64,000 nt of DNA from contig JBFMHM010000005.1 in assembly GCA_040753015.1 (NCBI GenBank), positions 14,730 through 78,729 of the forward strand, read 5' to 3'. This DNA comes from Candidatus Omnitrophota bacterium. GTDB lineage: Bacteria; Omnitrophota; Gorgyraeia; Gygaellales; JBFMHM01. The position numbers were made by a program, and so were the translations under genes. Numbering within the stretch: position 1 is the stretch's first letter; every line of letters begins with the position of its first letter. Under the pieces are notes generated by a model. It was given only the letters and a program-made list of their open reading frames with translations. It was not told the DNA's origin and searched no databases. Shown piece by piece: positions 9,045 to 18,665 of the stretch.

Positions 9045-11877
9045 TGCCTACCCAGGCATGAATTCCTTTTTCAGTCTTATCATCGATTGCTTTTGCAACA
9101 TCTACTCTTAAAGCGACGCGTTCTATAAAACCGCAAATATCAAAATATAACCTAATGCCAAGACCTGCATCTTTTTTAAAACGCATATCATTAAAACTCG
9201 AATACCATGATTTACCTATATCAAAAAAAGTTACAATTTGCAGATTATCAAAATGAACTAAATTGTCTGCTATATATAACCCTAAGTCTTTTATTAAATT
9301 AAACCTGTGTTCGAAACTCATAATTAACATTCGAGATCCTTTTAACTCTTTATAACCATATCCGCGTAAGCCAAATTCGGAACCTGCTTCAAACAAATCC
9401 TTATCGTCGGGAATACCAAAACCATTCTTTAAACGAAAAGCTATTTTCTGGCGGCTGGATAGTCTAAAATATTTATCGAACTCAATTAAGTTTCGATAAA
9501 AATAATCTCTGCCTCCCCAATAATGCCCTGCGGCCTCGAATAAATCTTTTATTTTAAATCCTATTTCAGGATCTAAATAAGGAGCGCTAGTTGAAAAATT
9601 TAAATCAAATCCGGCGAGCGCCTCATGTTTTTGCCTGTAATGAAGGTTACTGACATTATCTAATTTTCTATCACGAAGCATATATAAATTTATATAATTC
9701 TGCTGCTCAAATATCCCGTAACTCGGAGGAAAAAATTTCTTTTTTAAATACACAATGCCGCCCCTAACATCATTATCTTTATTCGGCGGTAAGTCAGTTG
9801 TATTATTATATTCAACACCAAAATCAATATCTTGATTAAATACATGCTCTTTTTTAAATCCAACTCTTGATTTCATACCCTTTTCATGAAAATCATATCC
9901 ACTTGATAAATAAATACTATAATCATAGGGTTTCTGTATTGATGTTTTTATACCGATTCCTGAACCAATAACATCTGGCCCGGTTATCCAATTATAACAA
10001 TCACGCTCTTGGAATATAGGATAATCATAAAGCGGGAAATAAAAAGGAACGAACTTTGTTTCTATACACCTAGGGGTTTTATTATTAACTAAATCTAGGT
10101 CCATTAAATATTTATCAGGATTAATTTGTGCGCGCTCTATTTTATTAATACTGTCAGCATTAAATCTTGTAATTTTATCTATGCCGTCTGTCTTAAAAAT
10201 TTTACTTGTTGAATCTTTATATTTAACTTCAATTTCTAAAGGTTCTATTGCATCCCTTTTATTTCGAACAATCACATTGTCTTTTCCTATATACACTGCA
10301 TAATCGCATTTTTTTTCACTCCTAAGCCACTGGTCAAAATACCAATTATAATCACCATCTGTAACTTTATTTACAATATTAACAAAATCATCGACATTTG
10401 CATTTTTAAATTTATACTTTTCAAAATAATTTTTTATTATTTGGTAAAACTGCTCGCTGCCGATTAAATCGTGGAATTGTCTTAATACTGCCTCGCCCTT
10501 GCTATACGCAAGAGAGAAAATCATACTCGGCTCTCTAAAACTAGAAAGCTCTCCTAACACAGTACGGCTTTGGTCTCTTTTCGCAAGATATAAATATCTA
10601 AAGTCAGATGTATCTATAAAGGTAAAATTCGGGATTAACCAAACAAGACTTTTTGGTAAAACCATAACATTAGCATATTTACCATATTTTTCTTCTAGAT
10701 AGATTAATGTGAAATAAGAATTGAGCGCTTCATCAAGCCAAGTCTCTTTATATTCATCAGAACCAACCATATTAAACCACCACTGGTGGCCGGTTTCATG
10801 GGCAATTAAAAAATCAAAATAGCGGTTCAAGAATTTTGGCAGCTTATAGACCCGCGTATCTATCAAAATCATGCAAGATGTTTCATGGCCACCGCTGCCT
10901 AGATAAACCGGTGCAATACTAAATTCTGGATAGGGATAACCCCCAATTTTTTTGGAATAATTGTCAATAAGATCAGCAGCGCAAGAAGCAGCGAGCCTTG
11001 CGTGATAAAAATCATTTTCTAAATAATAGGATTTAATCTTGATATTGTTTATCTCCTTTTCATATAATTTAAAACGATCACTTACAACCAAGGTAAAATC
11101 TCTTACAGGGCTTGGAGTATTAAAAATAAGTGTCTTCTTATTGGATAGTTGCAACTGACCGTCCAAAATTCCTGTTGATATAACTATTTGCTTATTATCA
11201 ACTGTAAATTTCACCTTGTATAAAGAAGCATCGCTATAATATGGTTGGTGAAATAAATAAAATGGATAGTCATGCCATCCTTTTGAATCATAAACACATA
11301 ATAAAGGATACCAGCGATGTAAAGAAGTTATACCTTCATTAAAACCAAACCTTCCCCAAACATGAGGAATTTTGACTTTAAAATCAATCTCTAAATCAAT
11401 AGTTTCGGATGTATTTAACACTTGAGGTAAATTAATCTTTAGAACTTCTCCATCTTTTTCCATTGAATATGTTAGCGAGCTTTGTTTTGAATATATCTTA
11501 CTGATATCTAGTTTTCCTTCTTGAAAACCCGCGGGAAATAATTCATCTATTTTAAAATAACCGGAATATTTAATAAGATCGTTTCTCTCTTTTTTAGATA
11601 TTTTTTTATTTGGATAAATATGAAAATAAATTATATCTGTAGGTGCGTAATTATTTGTAAATTTAACCTTTTGATGAGCACTAATTATATGCGTCTTAAC
11701 ATCTAATTCAGCATTAATATCATATTTGGGATAAGCAAAGGCAAAATCACAAATTACAAACAGCAAGTAACAGACAAATACCAAAATACAAATTCTAAGC
11801 TTGGTTTTTTTTAATTTGCAATTTGTTTGTGATTTGAAAATTGGAACTTGTAATTTTTTAAGGGGCAGATTTCGCAT
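9028..11877 (-). CDS. M1-family zinc metallopeptidase domain fused to a C-terminal predicted outer-membrane beta-barrel domain
   Basis: IAHETGHQWWFNMV...WLDEALNSY matches the M1 HExxH-x18-E signature. The C-terminal ~400 aa has an alternating pattern and ends in ...GINQAF (aromatic terminal residue). An N-terminal hydrophobic segment is present. Confidence 0.55.
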   Translation of the reverse strand: MRNLPLKKLQVPIFKSQTNCKLKKTKLRICILVFVCYLLFVICDFAFAYPKYDINAELDVKTHIISAHQKVKFTNNYAPTDIIYFHIYPNKKISKKERNDLIKYSGYFKIDELFPAGFQEGKLDISKIYSKQSSLTYSMEKDGEVLKINLPQVLNTSETIDLEIDFKVKIPHVWGRFGFNEGITSLHRWYPLLCVYDSKGWHDYPFYLFHQPYYSDASLYKVKFTVDNKQIVISTGILDGQLQLSNKKTLIFNTPSPVRDFTLVVSDRFKLYEKEINNIKIKSYYLENDFYHARLAASCAADLIDNYSKKIGGYPYPEFSIAPVYLGSGGHETSCMILIDTRVYKLPKFLNRYFDFLIAHETGHQWWFNMVGSDEYKETWLDEALNSYFTLIYLEEKYGKYANVMVLPKSLVWLIPNFTFIDTSDFRYLYLAKRDQSRTVLGELSSFREPSMIFSLAYSKGEAVLRQFHDLIGSEQFYQIIKNYFEKYKFKNANVDDFVNIVNKVTDGDYNWYFDQWLRSEKKCDYAVYIGKDNVIVRNKRDAIEPLEIEVKYKDSTSKIFKTDGIDKITRFNADSINKIERAQINPDKYLMDLDLVNNKTPRCIETKFVPFYFPLYDYPIFQERDCYNWITGPDVIGSGIGIKTSIQKPYDYSIYLSSGYDFHEKGMKSRVGFKKEHVFNQDIDFGVEYNNTTDLPPNKDNDVRGGIVYLKKKFFPPSYGIFEQQNYINLYMLRDRKLDNVSNLHYRQKHEALAGFDLNFSTSAPYLDPEIGFKIKDLFEAAGHYWGGRDYFYRNLIEFDKYFRLSSRQKIAFRLKNGFGIPDDKDLFEAGSEFGLRGYGYKELKGSRMLIMSFEHRFNLIKDLGLYIADNLVHFDNLQIVTFFDIGKSWYSSFNDMRFKKDAGLGIRLYFDICGFIERVALRVDVAKAIDDKTEKGIHAWVGINQAF

Positions 11878-12485
11878 TGTGGCTTAGTTTTTAAGCAAAC
11901 CTCTTTACCTAACTTCACAATTAATGCGTGATATTCATTAAACAGTTTTGTATTCTTTCTTAAATTATCCATAAACAATTTTTGAATTTCTTCATAACTT
12001 GCATCATCTTCAATAAATTTATGGCGCAAAAATATACGTTTTGTATAGGCATCGACGACAAATATTGGGTAATTACCGGCATAAAGCAAAATTGAATCGG
12101 CAGTCTCTGGGCCTATGCCGCTGACATTAAGTAATTCTTTTCGTAAATCATTTAAATCTCTGGAAAACATTCTATTTATATTACCGTTATATTTTTCTTT
12201 TAAATAATACAAAAAGTTCTTTAAGCGTTTAGCCTTTATATTAAAATATCCGCTTGGCCTAATAAGCCCAGCTAAATTTTCTATATTTAGCTGATATAAT
12301 TTATCGAAACTAAGTAGTTTTTCTTTTTTTAAATTATTTATTGCTTTTTCGACATTACCCCAATTGGTATTTTGGGTGAGAATAGCGCCAATTATTATCT
12401 CGAGCCTAGAATTTCCCGGCCACCAGTATTGCGCTTTATATTTTTTGAAAAGTTTTTGGTATACAGATATTAAGGCATTATTCAT
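11811..12485 (-). CDS. HhH-GPD superfamily base-excision DNA glycosylase (endonuclease III-related)
   Basis: WWPGNSRLEIIIGAILTQNTNW and LNVSGIGPETADSILLYA (HhH-GPD). C-terminal Cys cluster CLKTKPQCEICPL. Confidence 0.65.
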   Translation of the reverse strand: MNNALISVYQKLFKKYKAQYWWPGNSRLEIIIGAILTQNTNWGNVEKAINNLKKEKLLSFDKLYQLNIENLAGLIRPSGYFNIKAKRLKNFLYYLKEKYNGNINRMFSRDLNDLRKELLNVSGIGPETADSILLYAGNYPIFVVDAYTKRIFLRHKFIEDDASYEEIQKLFMDNLRKNTKLFNEYHALIVKLGKEVCLKTKPQCEICPLKNYKFQFSNHKQIAN

Positions 12486-14175
12486 CTAGACCGTAAGGAT
12501 TATAATTGTAATATGCAAATATTGTATAGACAGTCGAAGCAACTGAACTCTGGTCAGAAAATATTCCGTCGACATAAGGCATGAATCTGTAAACGCCATT
12601 CGTATTTACTATACTAGAAAGATTATCCATATAAACAAATGCTTTGTCTCTATAAAATTTTGATCGATAAATATCGCGCCTCACTTCAAAGTATTTAGCA
12701 GCCAACTTATATATTAAAACCATTTTGGCAGTATCTTCTACAAAATTTCTAGACGGGTCATTTTTATCTGTAGAAAATATAAACCCTTTTATCGAATAAC
12801 TTTGAGGGTCTAATTTAACATTATAGTTTTTTGTACAGTAAAAATTATCTTCTAACCTGGTTATAATATCGCTTATATTTAATTCATCTATCTTTCTAAA
12901 ATTAAAAGCCATAAGATATTCGAATTGCTCATCTGGATTAACGGGCAGTTTTAAATTTTGCTCTAAGACCCTGTAATGCATATTAAAAATATCATTCCAT
13001 TCTAATTGAAGATATATAGCTAAAACAGCATATAATTTTAATTCAACTTTAGGTTCTGCAGGCTTTTTTAATTCTGTATTAATAATTTTTTCGAGCTTTT
13101 TTTTCACTGTTTCTAAATAAGTATTATCTTTTGTAATATATGTATATTTTAAAGCTGCAATTAACAGATCTAATTGATTTTCTATATTTAAAATATTAAT
13201 ATTATTTGTAAAATAAAATTCAAGTATTTTCTGTGCCTGGTCATAATCTCCAAAGATACTATAAAGCTGGCACATCAAAAAATTATCTTTATACCCTGAA
13301 CCGAGAGATTTGATTTGCCCTGAATCTAAATCTTGCAGAGATTCTAACCATTTATACATTCCCTCTATGTCTGTATTTGTTATTTTTAACTGTTTTTTTT
13401 CTACGGAAAGCAAATCCTCGGTTATCTCGGCTTCCTTAAAATATAGATCTATCATACGAGATTTTATTGAAACAATTTCTCTGTCTACTATCTTAATTTC
13501 ATCTTCAAAAAATTCTTTTTTCTTCGCGTCAGATACAGACTGCAATCTTTCATTTAAATTTTTACCTTTAATAGCGAGTTCTGATAATTTTAGGTCTAAT
13601 TCATCTTTTTCCTTTTTAATTTCTTTAATAGTATTTTTTGCTTTGCGCGATTTATGTAAAATACTAAATAAATCATGTGCCAGGCCCAAATTGCTTTTTA
13701 TAAGTTTAATATTGAAATAAAAGCTAAAGGTGATGCTTGCAAGAAGAATAGCAATTATTCCTAGAGCAAAAATCGGCGTTAATTTTTTTAGATAGGCATA
13801 GTGAATAATCTTTTTGTTATCTGAGGCATGGATTTCTTTGTAACTAACTCCTATTATATATTGATCTAATTCGTCAAGTTTCTTTTTTACCAGCCACCTA
13901 AACTGGCCTTTTGCTTTGATAGGAGTTTTATTAAAAGGTATGAATATCTTGAGATCAAAATCAGGCTGAATTTTTTCAAAAATACCTTTTACAATACCGC
14001 ATGGCTGATTAATAATAAGGCAAATTCCCCCTTTGGATACATTATCTGTAAATGCTTGTTGCCATTCTGTTAAAATATTCTGGTTATGCGGATCGATTAA
14101 CTGTATTTCTACAGGAAAAATCCTATCTAACCTTATAAAATTCCTACGTTCGTGTTCAACCCTAGCTCTTGGCAT
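12478..14175 (-). CDS. PilZ-domain (c-di-GMP binding) protein with one TM helix, a long coiled coil and an uncharacterised C-terminal domain
   Basis: ERRNFIRLD (RxxxR) and DNVSKGGICL (DxSxGG) PilZ motifs. Hydrophobic helix IFALGIIAILLASITFSFYF. A KE-rich coiled-coil region follows. Confidence 0.55.
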   Translation of the reverse strand: MPRARVEHERRNFIRLDRIFPVEIQLIDPHNQNILTEWQQAFTDNVSKGGICLIINQPCGIVKGIFEKIQPDFDLKIFIPFNKTPIKAKGQFRWLVKKKLDELDQYIIGVSYKEIHASDNKKIIHYAYLKKLTPIFALGIIAILLASITFSFYFNIKLIKSNLGLAHDLFSILHKSRKAKNTIKEIKKEKDELDLKLSELAIKGKNLNERLQSVSDAKKKEFFEDEIKIVDREIVSIKSRMIDLYFKEAEITEDLLSVEKKQLKITNTDIEGMYKWLESLQDLDSGQIKSLGSGYKDNFLMCQLYSIFGDYDQAQKILEFYFTNNINILNIENQLDLLIAALKYTYITKDNTYLETVKKKLEKIINTELKKPAEPKVELKLYAVLAIYLQLEWNDIFNMHYRVLEQNLKLPVNPDEQFEYLMAFNFRKIDELNISDIITRLEDNFYCTKNYNVKLDPQSYSIKGFIFSTDKNDPSRNFVEDTAKMVLIYKLAAKYFEVRRDIYRSKFYRDKAFVYMDNLSSIVNTNGVYRFMPYVDGIFSDQSSVASTVYTIFAYYNYNPYGLDE

Positions 14176-16535
14176 TAGATTATTTTTTCTAAAATTATTC
14201 TTTGGTTTATTTGGTCTTTCAAACCCTCTAACAATTTTTTATAAATAGGGTAGTCTTCTATACTTATTTCTTCTGCGGTTATCTTTTGTTTCTGATAAAA
14301 TTCAATTTCATTATTATTTTTAACATAATTATCCTCGAAACTAAACCATTCAGAATCATTTTTAACTGGCTGGGGTAGATATTTACAGGTATAGGACGGG
14401 TCTAACTTAAACTTCATTCTTACCTCTATTGTATTAGGAAAACCTAAATAGAGCGGATAAATCCTTTTTTCCTTAGCAACCTTGCTCAATTCTATTGTAG
14501 CTAGCTCTGGAAGCATTTTTAGATTTCCCGCAGAAATAAGGATTGTTCCTGCATTAAAAGTATATGTTAATGTTATTGGTTTGTCTGGATTATAAAGATC
14601 CTTAATTTCGTAATTAATTAATTTTGCGCCAGTTGCAACTTCCTGGAGTCGCTCATTTAATACCTGTTTTATAACCTCTGGAGGGCTATACCTAAGCCAA
14701 TAACGTTGAAATAAAGCAAATTGCCCAAAAGCTGTAATCTCTCTTTTTCCTTGGGCTTTTCCGTCTTGATCTATAATTATTTCTACGTTATAAATAATCT
14801 TATTTTTATCTGCACCATAAAATGGGGTTTCTTCAATCTCAAAGTAATCATCTTTAAATACAAGTACATTTCTATTTTGATCGTCGAAAGGCAAATCTTC
14901 TAGCGAAGATGTTTCAGCAGTAGGATCTAAAAAATATAGCTTGCCATCAATTTTAACTACAGCTATAGCATGGTTAAATAAAGCAGAAGGAAAGCTCCTT
15001 TCTAAATTTATAAAATCTTTAGTGCTAATCAAAACGGGGTATGCCTCTAAATTAGCTTCCCTTAACATAGTGATAAGTAATACCGCCTGATCTTTACAAT
15101 CACCATATTTATTATTAAAGATGTCTTGGGCTTGATGCGGCTCATAACCAGCTTGGCCATATTCTACCGCAACATAACGTATATTTGCCGAGCAATAATT
15201 AAATATACTTTGGGCCTTTTCAAGATCTGTCAACTTACCTTTTATTAATTCTGTAACTTGTTTTTTAATTTCTGGGCTTGATTTAATTTTATCGAATGAA
15301 AGCCCTGCCCACCAAGCATAGATTTCTTCCCAAGAGTCAAAGCTAGAGATTAGAATAATTGGCGTAATTCTTGATATTGCAGGAGTATCTGCTTCAGAGA
15401 TAATCTGAGGAACATCTCTAAACTCCCAATAATAAATTTTTTCATTAGAAGTAATAGTAACCTTTGGGTCTAACATAAAGTTATTTTTATTATATTTACT
15501 ATTAATATTTTTTGTAAATAAATTATTATTTTTTGGGAAAATTATTTTAAATTTTGCCAGCTTAATAGGATTAGTATTTTCTAATGCATATTCTATATTA
15601 AATTCTTTTTCGGCAATCATCTTGTTCTGCACAATTTTTGCTTTATATTCGATAATAGCGCCAGGGGCTACCTCTGGCATTGAAATTATCCTTGATCGCG
15701 CATTAGAATAAAGAGGGAAATTTAAATAACGAGACACATCGCGAATATTTTTTTCACCTACTAAAACAATATTTCCATCGGGCTTAATTGTGCGTGCATA
15801 CTCAAGTTCAACTTTTTCGTATGTTGAATCGTAGTTAATATTGACCTCAGCAAAATCTTTTTTACCACGGTCATTTAAAATTTTTATTAAAAAATGTTCG
15901 TTGTATATAACTTTATTATCTGGTAAAATTTCGACTGTTTCATCAGCTAAAAGTATAATCGCCCCCGCCTCCGGATGCTCTGCTTGCCCTCGGCTTGATG
16001 TAATTAAATCCCTTATAAAAGAATCTTCTATTCTTGAATTCTTTCCACCTAAATTTATTAATTTGATTCTTTGCTGAGCTAAATTACTGAATTTTTTATC
16101 TTTAATTTTTAAATAGATACCTATTGCTTTTTCGAAGAGATTAAGTTTTTCACAGGTTAAACCAAAGTAATATAGTGATTCGGAATCGGGAACTAGAATA
16201 TTTCTTTCAAATATATTCAGCGCATTCGTATAATCACCTTCTTTGAAATAACTTAAGGCAAGATATTTAGAAGAGAATTTTTGATCTAGGTCCTTAAGCT
16301 GGATTATTGCTTCTTTATAATCTCCGTGTTCATAATACAACTTTCCTAACTCAAAATGCAGATGGGGCAAATTATTTTGAGAAATAGCTTTAATATAATT
16401 TAAAACGGCCCCCTCATAAAAAATCTGGGCATTATCTGCTTGTTTTTTTGCAATGCGAGAATAGTCCTCTCTCTGATTACAGGCAGATAAGAATATAATT
16501 AAAGATAAAAATATAAAAAAATACTTTTTGGCCAT
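14175..16535 (-). CDS. TPR-repeat lipoprotein with a transglutaminase-like cysteine protease domain (DUF3857/transglutaminase-core type)
   Basis: Lipoprotein signal LIIFLSAC. N-terminal TPR-like repeats. YGDCKDQAVLLITMLRE transglutaminase-like Cys motif. Its start overlaps the stop of the PilZ gene. Confidence 0.55.
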   Translation of the reverse strand: MAKKYFFIFLSLIIFLSACNQREDYSRIAKKQADNAQIFYEGAVLNYIKAISQNNLPHLHFELGKLYYEHGDYKEAIIQLKDLDQKFSSKYLALSYFKEGDYTNALNIFERNILVPDSESLYYFGLTCEKLNLFEKAIGIYLKIKDKKFSNLAQQRIKLINLGGKNSRIEDSFIRDLITSSRGQAEHPEAGAIILLADETVEILPDNKVIYNEHFLIKILNDRGKKDFAEVNINYDSTYEKVELEYARTIKPDGNIVLVGEKNIRDVSRYLNFPLYSNARSRIISMPEVAPGAIIEYKAKIVQNKMIAEKEFNIEYALENTNPIKLAKFKIIFPKNNNLFTKNINSKYNKNNFMLDPKVTITSNEKIYYWEFRDVPQIISEADTPAISRITPIILISSFDSWEEIYAWWAGLSFDKIKSSPEIKKQVTELIKGKLTDLEKAQSIFNYCSANIRYVAVEYGQAGYEPHQAQDIFNNKYGDCKDQAVLLITMLREANLEAYPVLISTKDFINLERSFPSALFNHAIAVVKIDGKLYFLDPTAETSSLEDLPFDDQNRNVLVFKDDYFEIEETPFYGADKNKIIYNVEIIIDQDGKAQGKREITAFGQFALFQRYWLRYSPPEVIKQVLNERLQEVATGAKLINYEIKDLYNPDKPITLTYTFNAGTILISAGNLKMLPELATIELSKVAKEKRIYPLYLGFPNTIEVRMKFKLDPSYTCKYLPQPVKNDSEWFSFEDNYVKNNNEIEFYQKQKITAEEISIEDYPIYKKLLEGLKDQINQRIILEKII

Positions 16536-16538
16536 AAA

Positions 16539-17309
16539 CTAATTATAACATTTTTTATAAATTTCTAGTTTATATTTTTCTTGAAAATATCTTGTGAGTT
16601 TTCCCGGAAGACCATAATTAATTTTCTGGTTGCCAACTTTAATAAGAGGCATAATCCCAATTATCGCATTCGTTAAAAATGCCTCATTGGCAGTTAATAG
16701 CATTTGTTTTCTATAACTGCCTTCTTTTACCTTAATTTTATATTTTTTAGCAATTTCTAAAACCACTTTTCTTGTTATCCCCTCTAAACACCCGGAATCT
16801 AAAGATGGAGTAAATAAAAGATTATTTCTTACAAAAAAAATATTTGAACAAGAGCCCTCTGCTAAATAACCCTTTGAATTCAAAAGTATTGCTTCATCAA
16901 ATTTATTTTTTTGTGCAATATTTCTTGCGAGCAAAAAATTCAAATAATTAAGTGATTTAATATTTGCTAATGGGGAATTTTCATTTTGCCTGATCTTAGA
17001 AACCATCGCTGTAAAACATTCCGGATATAATTTTAATTTTGAAATAATAACAGCATGTTTTGTTGTGCTATCAGAATGCCAGCTAATTAATTTTATACGA
17101 AAATTGTTTTTCTTTTGTTTTGCTATAATTTTTTCTATAGATTTCTCAAGCATTTTTTTTGATATTTTATCTAGGCCAATAGCCCTTGTGCCCCTTATCA
17201 AACGTTCTAGATGCTTACTAAAACAAAATATCTTCCTATTATAAACCCTCATTGTTTCGAATACACCTTGACCATATAGAAACCCTTTATCAGTTATCTC
17301 TATTTGCAT
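16539..17309 (-). CDS. pabC: Class IV aminotransferase-fold enzyme, likely aminodeoxychorismate lyase
   Basis: GFLYGQGVFETMRVY start typical of class IV aminotransferases/PabC. It lies adjacent to and overlaps pabB. Confidence 0.6.
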   Translation of the reverse strand: MQIEITDKGFLYGQGVFETMRVYNRKIFCFSKHLERLIRGTRAIGLDKISKKMLEKSIEKIIAKQKKNNFRIKLISWHSDSTTKHAVIISKLKLYPECFTAMVSKIRQNENSPLANIKSLNYLNFLLARNIAQKNKFDEAILLNSKGYLAEGSCSNIFFVRNNLLFTPSLDSGCLEGITRKVVLEIAKKYKIKVKEGSYRKQMLLTANEAFLTNAIIGIMPLIKVGNQKINYGLPGKLTRYFQEKYKLEIYKKCYN

Positions 17310-18655
17310 AAATCTAATGCCTCCATCAGCGCCCTTGCCTTAGTTAGAGTTTCATCATACTCTAACTCTGGGGTAGAATCAGAAACAATACCCCCGCCAA
17401 CTTGAAAATAAAAATTATTTTGCTTTATTAAAAAAGTTCTTATTAAAATATTTAAATCGAGATTGCCGGAAAAACTCAAATAACCAAATGATCCAGTATA
17501 AATAGCCCGCCGCAATGGTTCTATTTCATCAATAATTTCAACTGCCCTAATTTTAGGGCACCCCGTAATTGAACCCCCTGGTAATGTTGCCATAAGCAAA
17601 TCTATATTGTCCTTTTCTTTATGCAACATTGCTCTTACTATCGCGATAGTTTGAAAAACAGTCTTGTATTCTTCCAATTTTCTTTTATTTATAACCCTTA
17701 TTGAATTATAATTGCATACTCTACCTAAATCATTACGGATAAGATCAATAATCATAAGCAGCTCTGCCTGCTCTTTTTTATTTTTAATAAGTTCTTTTTT
17801 AAAAAATAGGTCTTCTTCTTTAGTTCTGCCGCGTGGCCGGGTCCCTTTCATAGGGCATGCTTCGACTATACGGTTATTTACTTTTAAGAATCTTTCTGGA
17901 GAGCCACTAATAATTTTAAAATCGTCGGTATTAAAATATACTCCGAAATCGGTTGGGAATACCCGGCGTAATTTTTTAAATAAACTAAAGCTGTCTGAAT
18001 AAATCTTTCCAGAAAATCTCTGAGAGATATTTACTTGGTAAATATCTCCCTTTGCAATATATTGAAGTGTTTTTTTTATAGCTTTTATGTATTCTACTTT
18101 TGAAAAATTTGACAATAGATGATCAACACTAATTACATCGCTGTTTATTTTGGCTTGTTTATAATTTTTTAAAATTCCTACAATGAAGTTCAAACGTTCT
18201 TTTGCTCTTATCTGCCTAAGATATTCCTTTTTTTCCGGCAGGCCAGTTGATACAATAATCAATTTATTTGTTAGATGATCGCAGGCGATGATAGCATCGT
18301 AAAAACCAAAATAAAAATCTGGTAAATTTAAATCGTCTTTTGCCTTAAATTTAATTTTTTTTTCAATAACTTGCGCTAAATCATAAGCAAAATACCCTAC
18401 TGCCCCACCTAAAAATGGTAAATAATAGTTGCTATTTATTTGATAATCTTTAAGTAAGCACCTTAGCTTAGAAAAAGTATTATCATTTTTAGATTTTAAA
18501 ACATAGAAAGGGTCAAATCCGATAAACGAAAATCTTCCCTTGTCATCAGATTTCAAACTGCTATCCAATAAAAAACAATCTTTGTAATCTTTAAAAAGGC
18601 TATATACATCTAAAATATTATCTTGAAAATCAAAACTTTTATATACAATTTCCAT
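17300..18655 (-). CDS. pabB: Aminodeoxychorismate synthase component I (chorismate-binding enzyme; alternatively anthranilate synthase component I)
   Basis: Chorismate-binding C-terminal motifs PMKGTRPRG, LMIIDLIRNDLGRV and GSFGYLSFSGNLDLNILIRT. Confidence 0.7.
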   Translation of the reverse strand: MEIVYKSFDFQDNILDVYSLFKDYKDCFLLDSSLKSDDKGRFSFIGFDPFYVLKSKNDNTFSKLRCLLKDYQINSNYYLPFLGGAVGYFAYDLAQVIEKKIKFKAKDDLNLPDFYFGFYDAIIACDHLTNKLIIVSTGLPEKKEYLRQIRAKERLNFIVGILKNYKQAKINSDVISVDHLLSNFSKVEYIKAIKKTLQYIAKGDIYQVNISQRFSGKIYSDSFSLFKKLRRVFPTDFGVYFNTDDFKIISGSPERFLKVNNRIVEACPMKGTRPRGRTKEEDLFFKKELIKNKKEQAELLMIIDLIRNDLGRVCNYNSIRVINKRKLEEYKTVFQTIAIVRAMLHKEKDNIDLLMATLPGGSITGCPKIRAVEIIDEIEPLRRAIYTGSFGYLSFSGNLDLNILIRTFLIKQNNFYFQVGGGIVSDSTPELEYDETLTKARALMEALDLCK

Positions 18656-18665
18656 CTAAAATATT

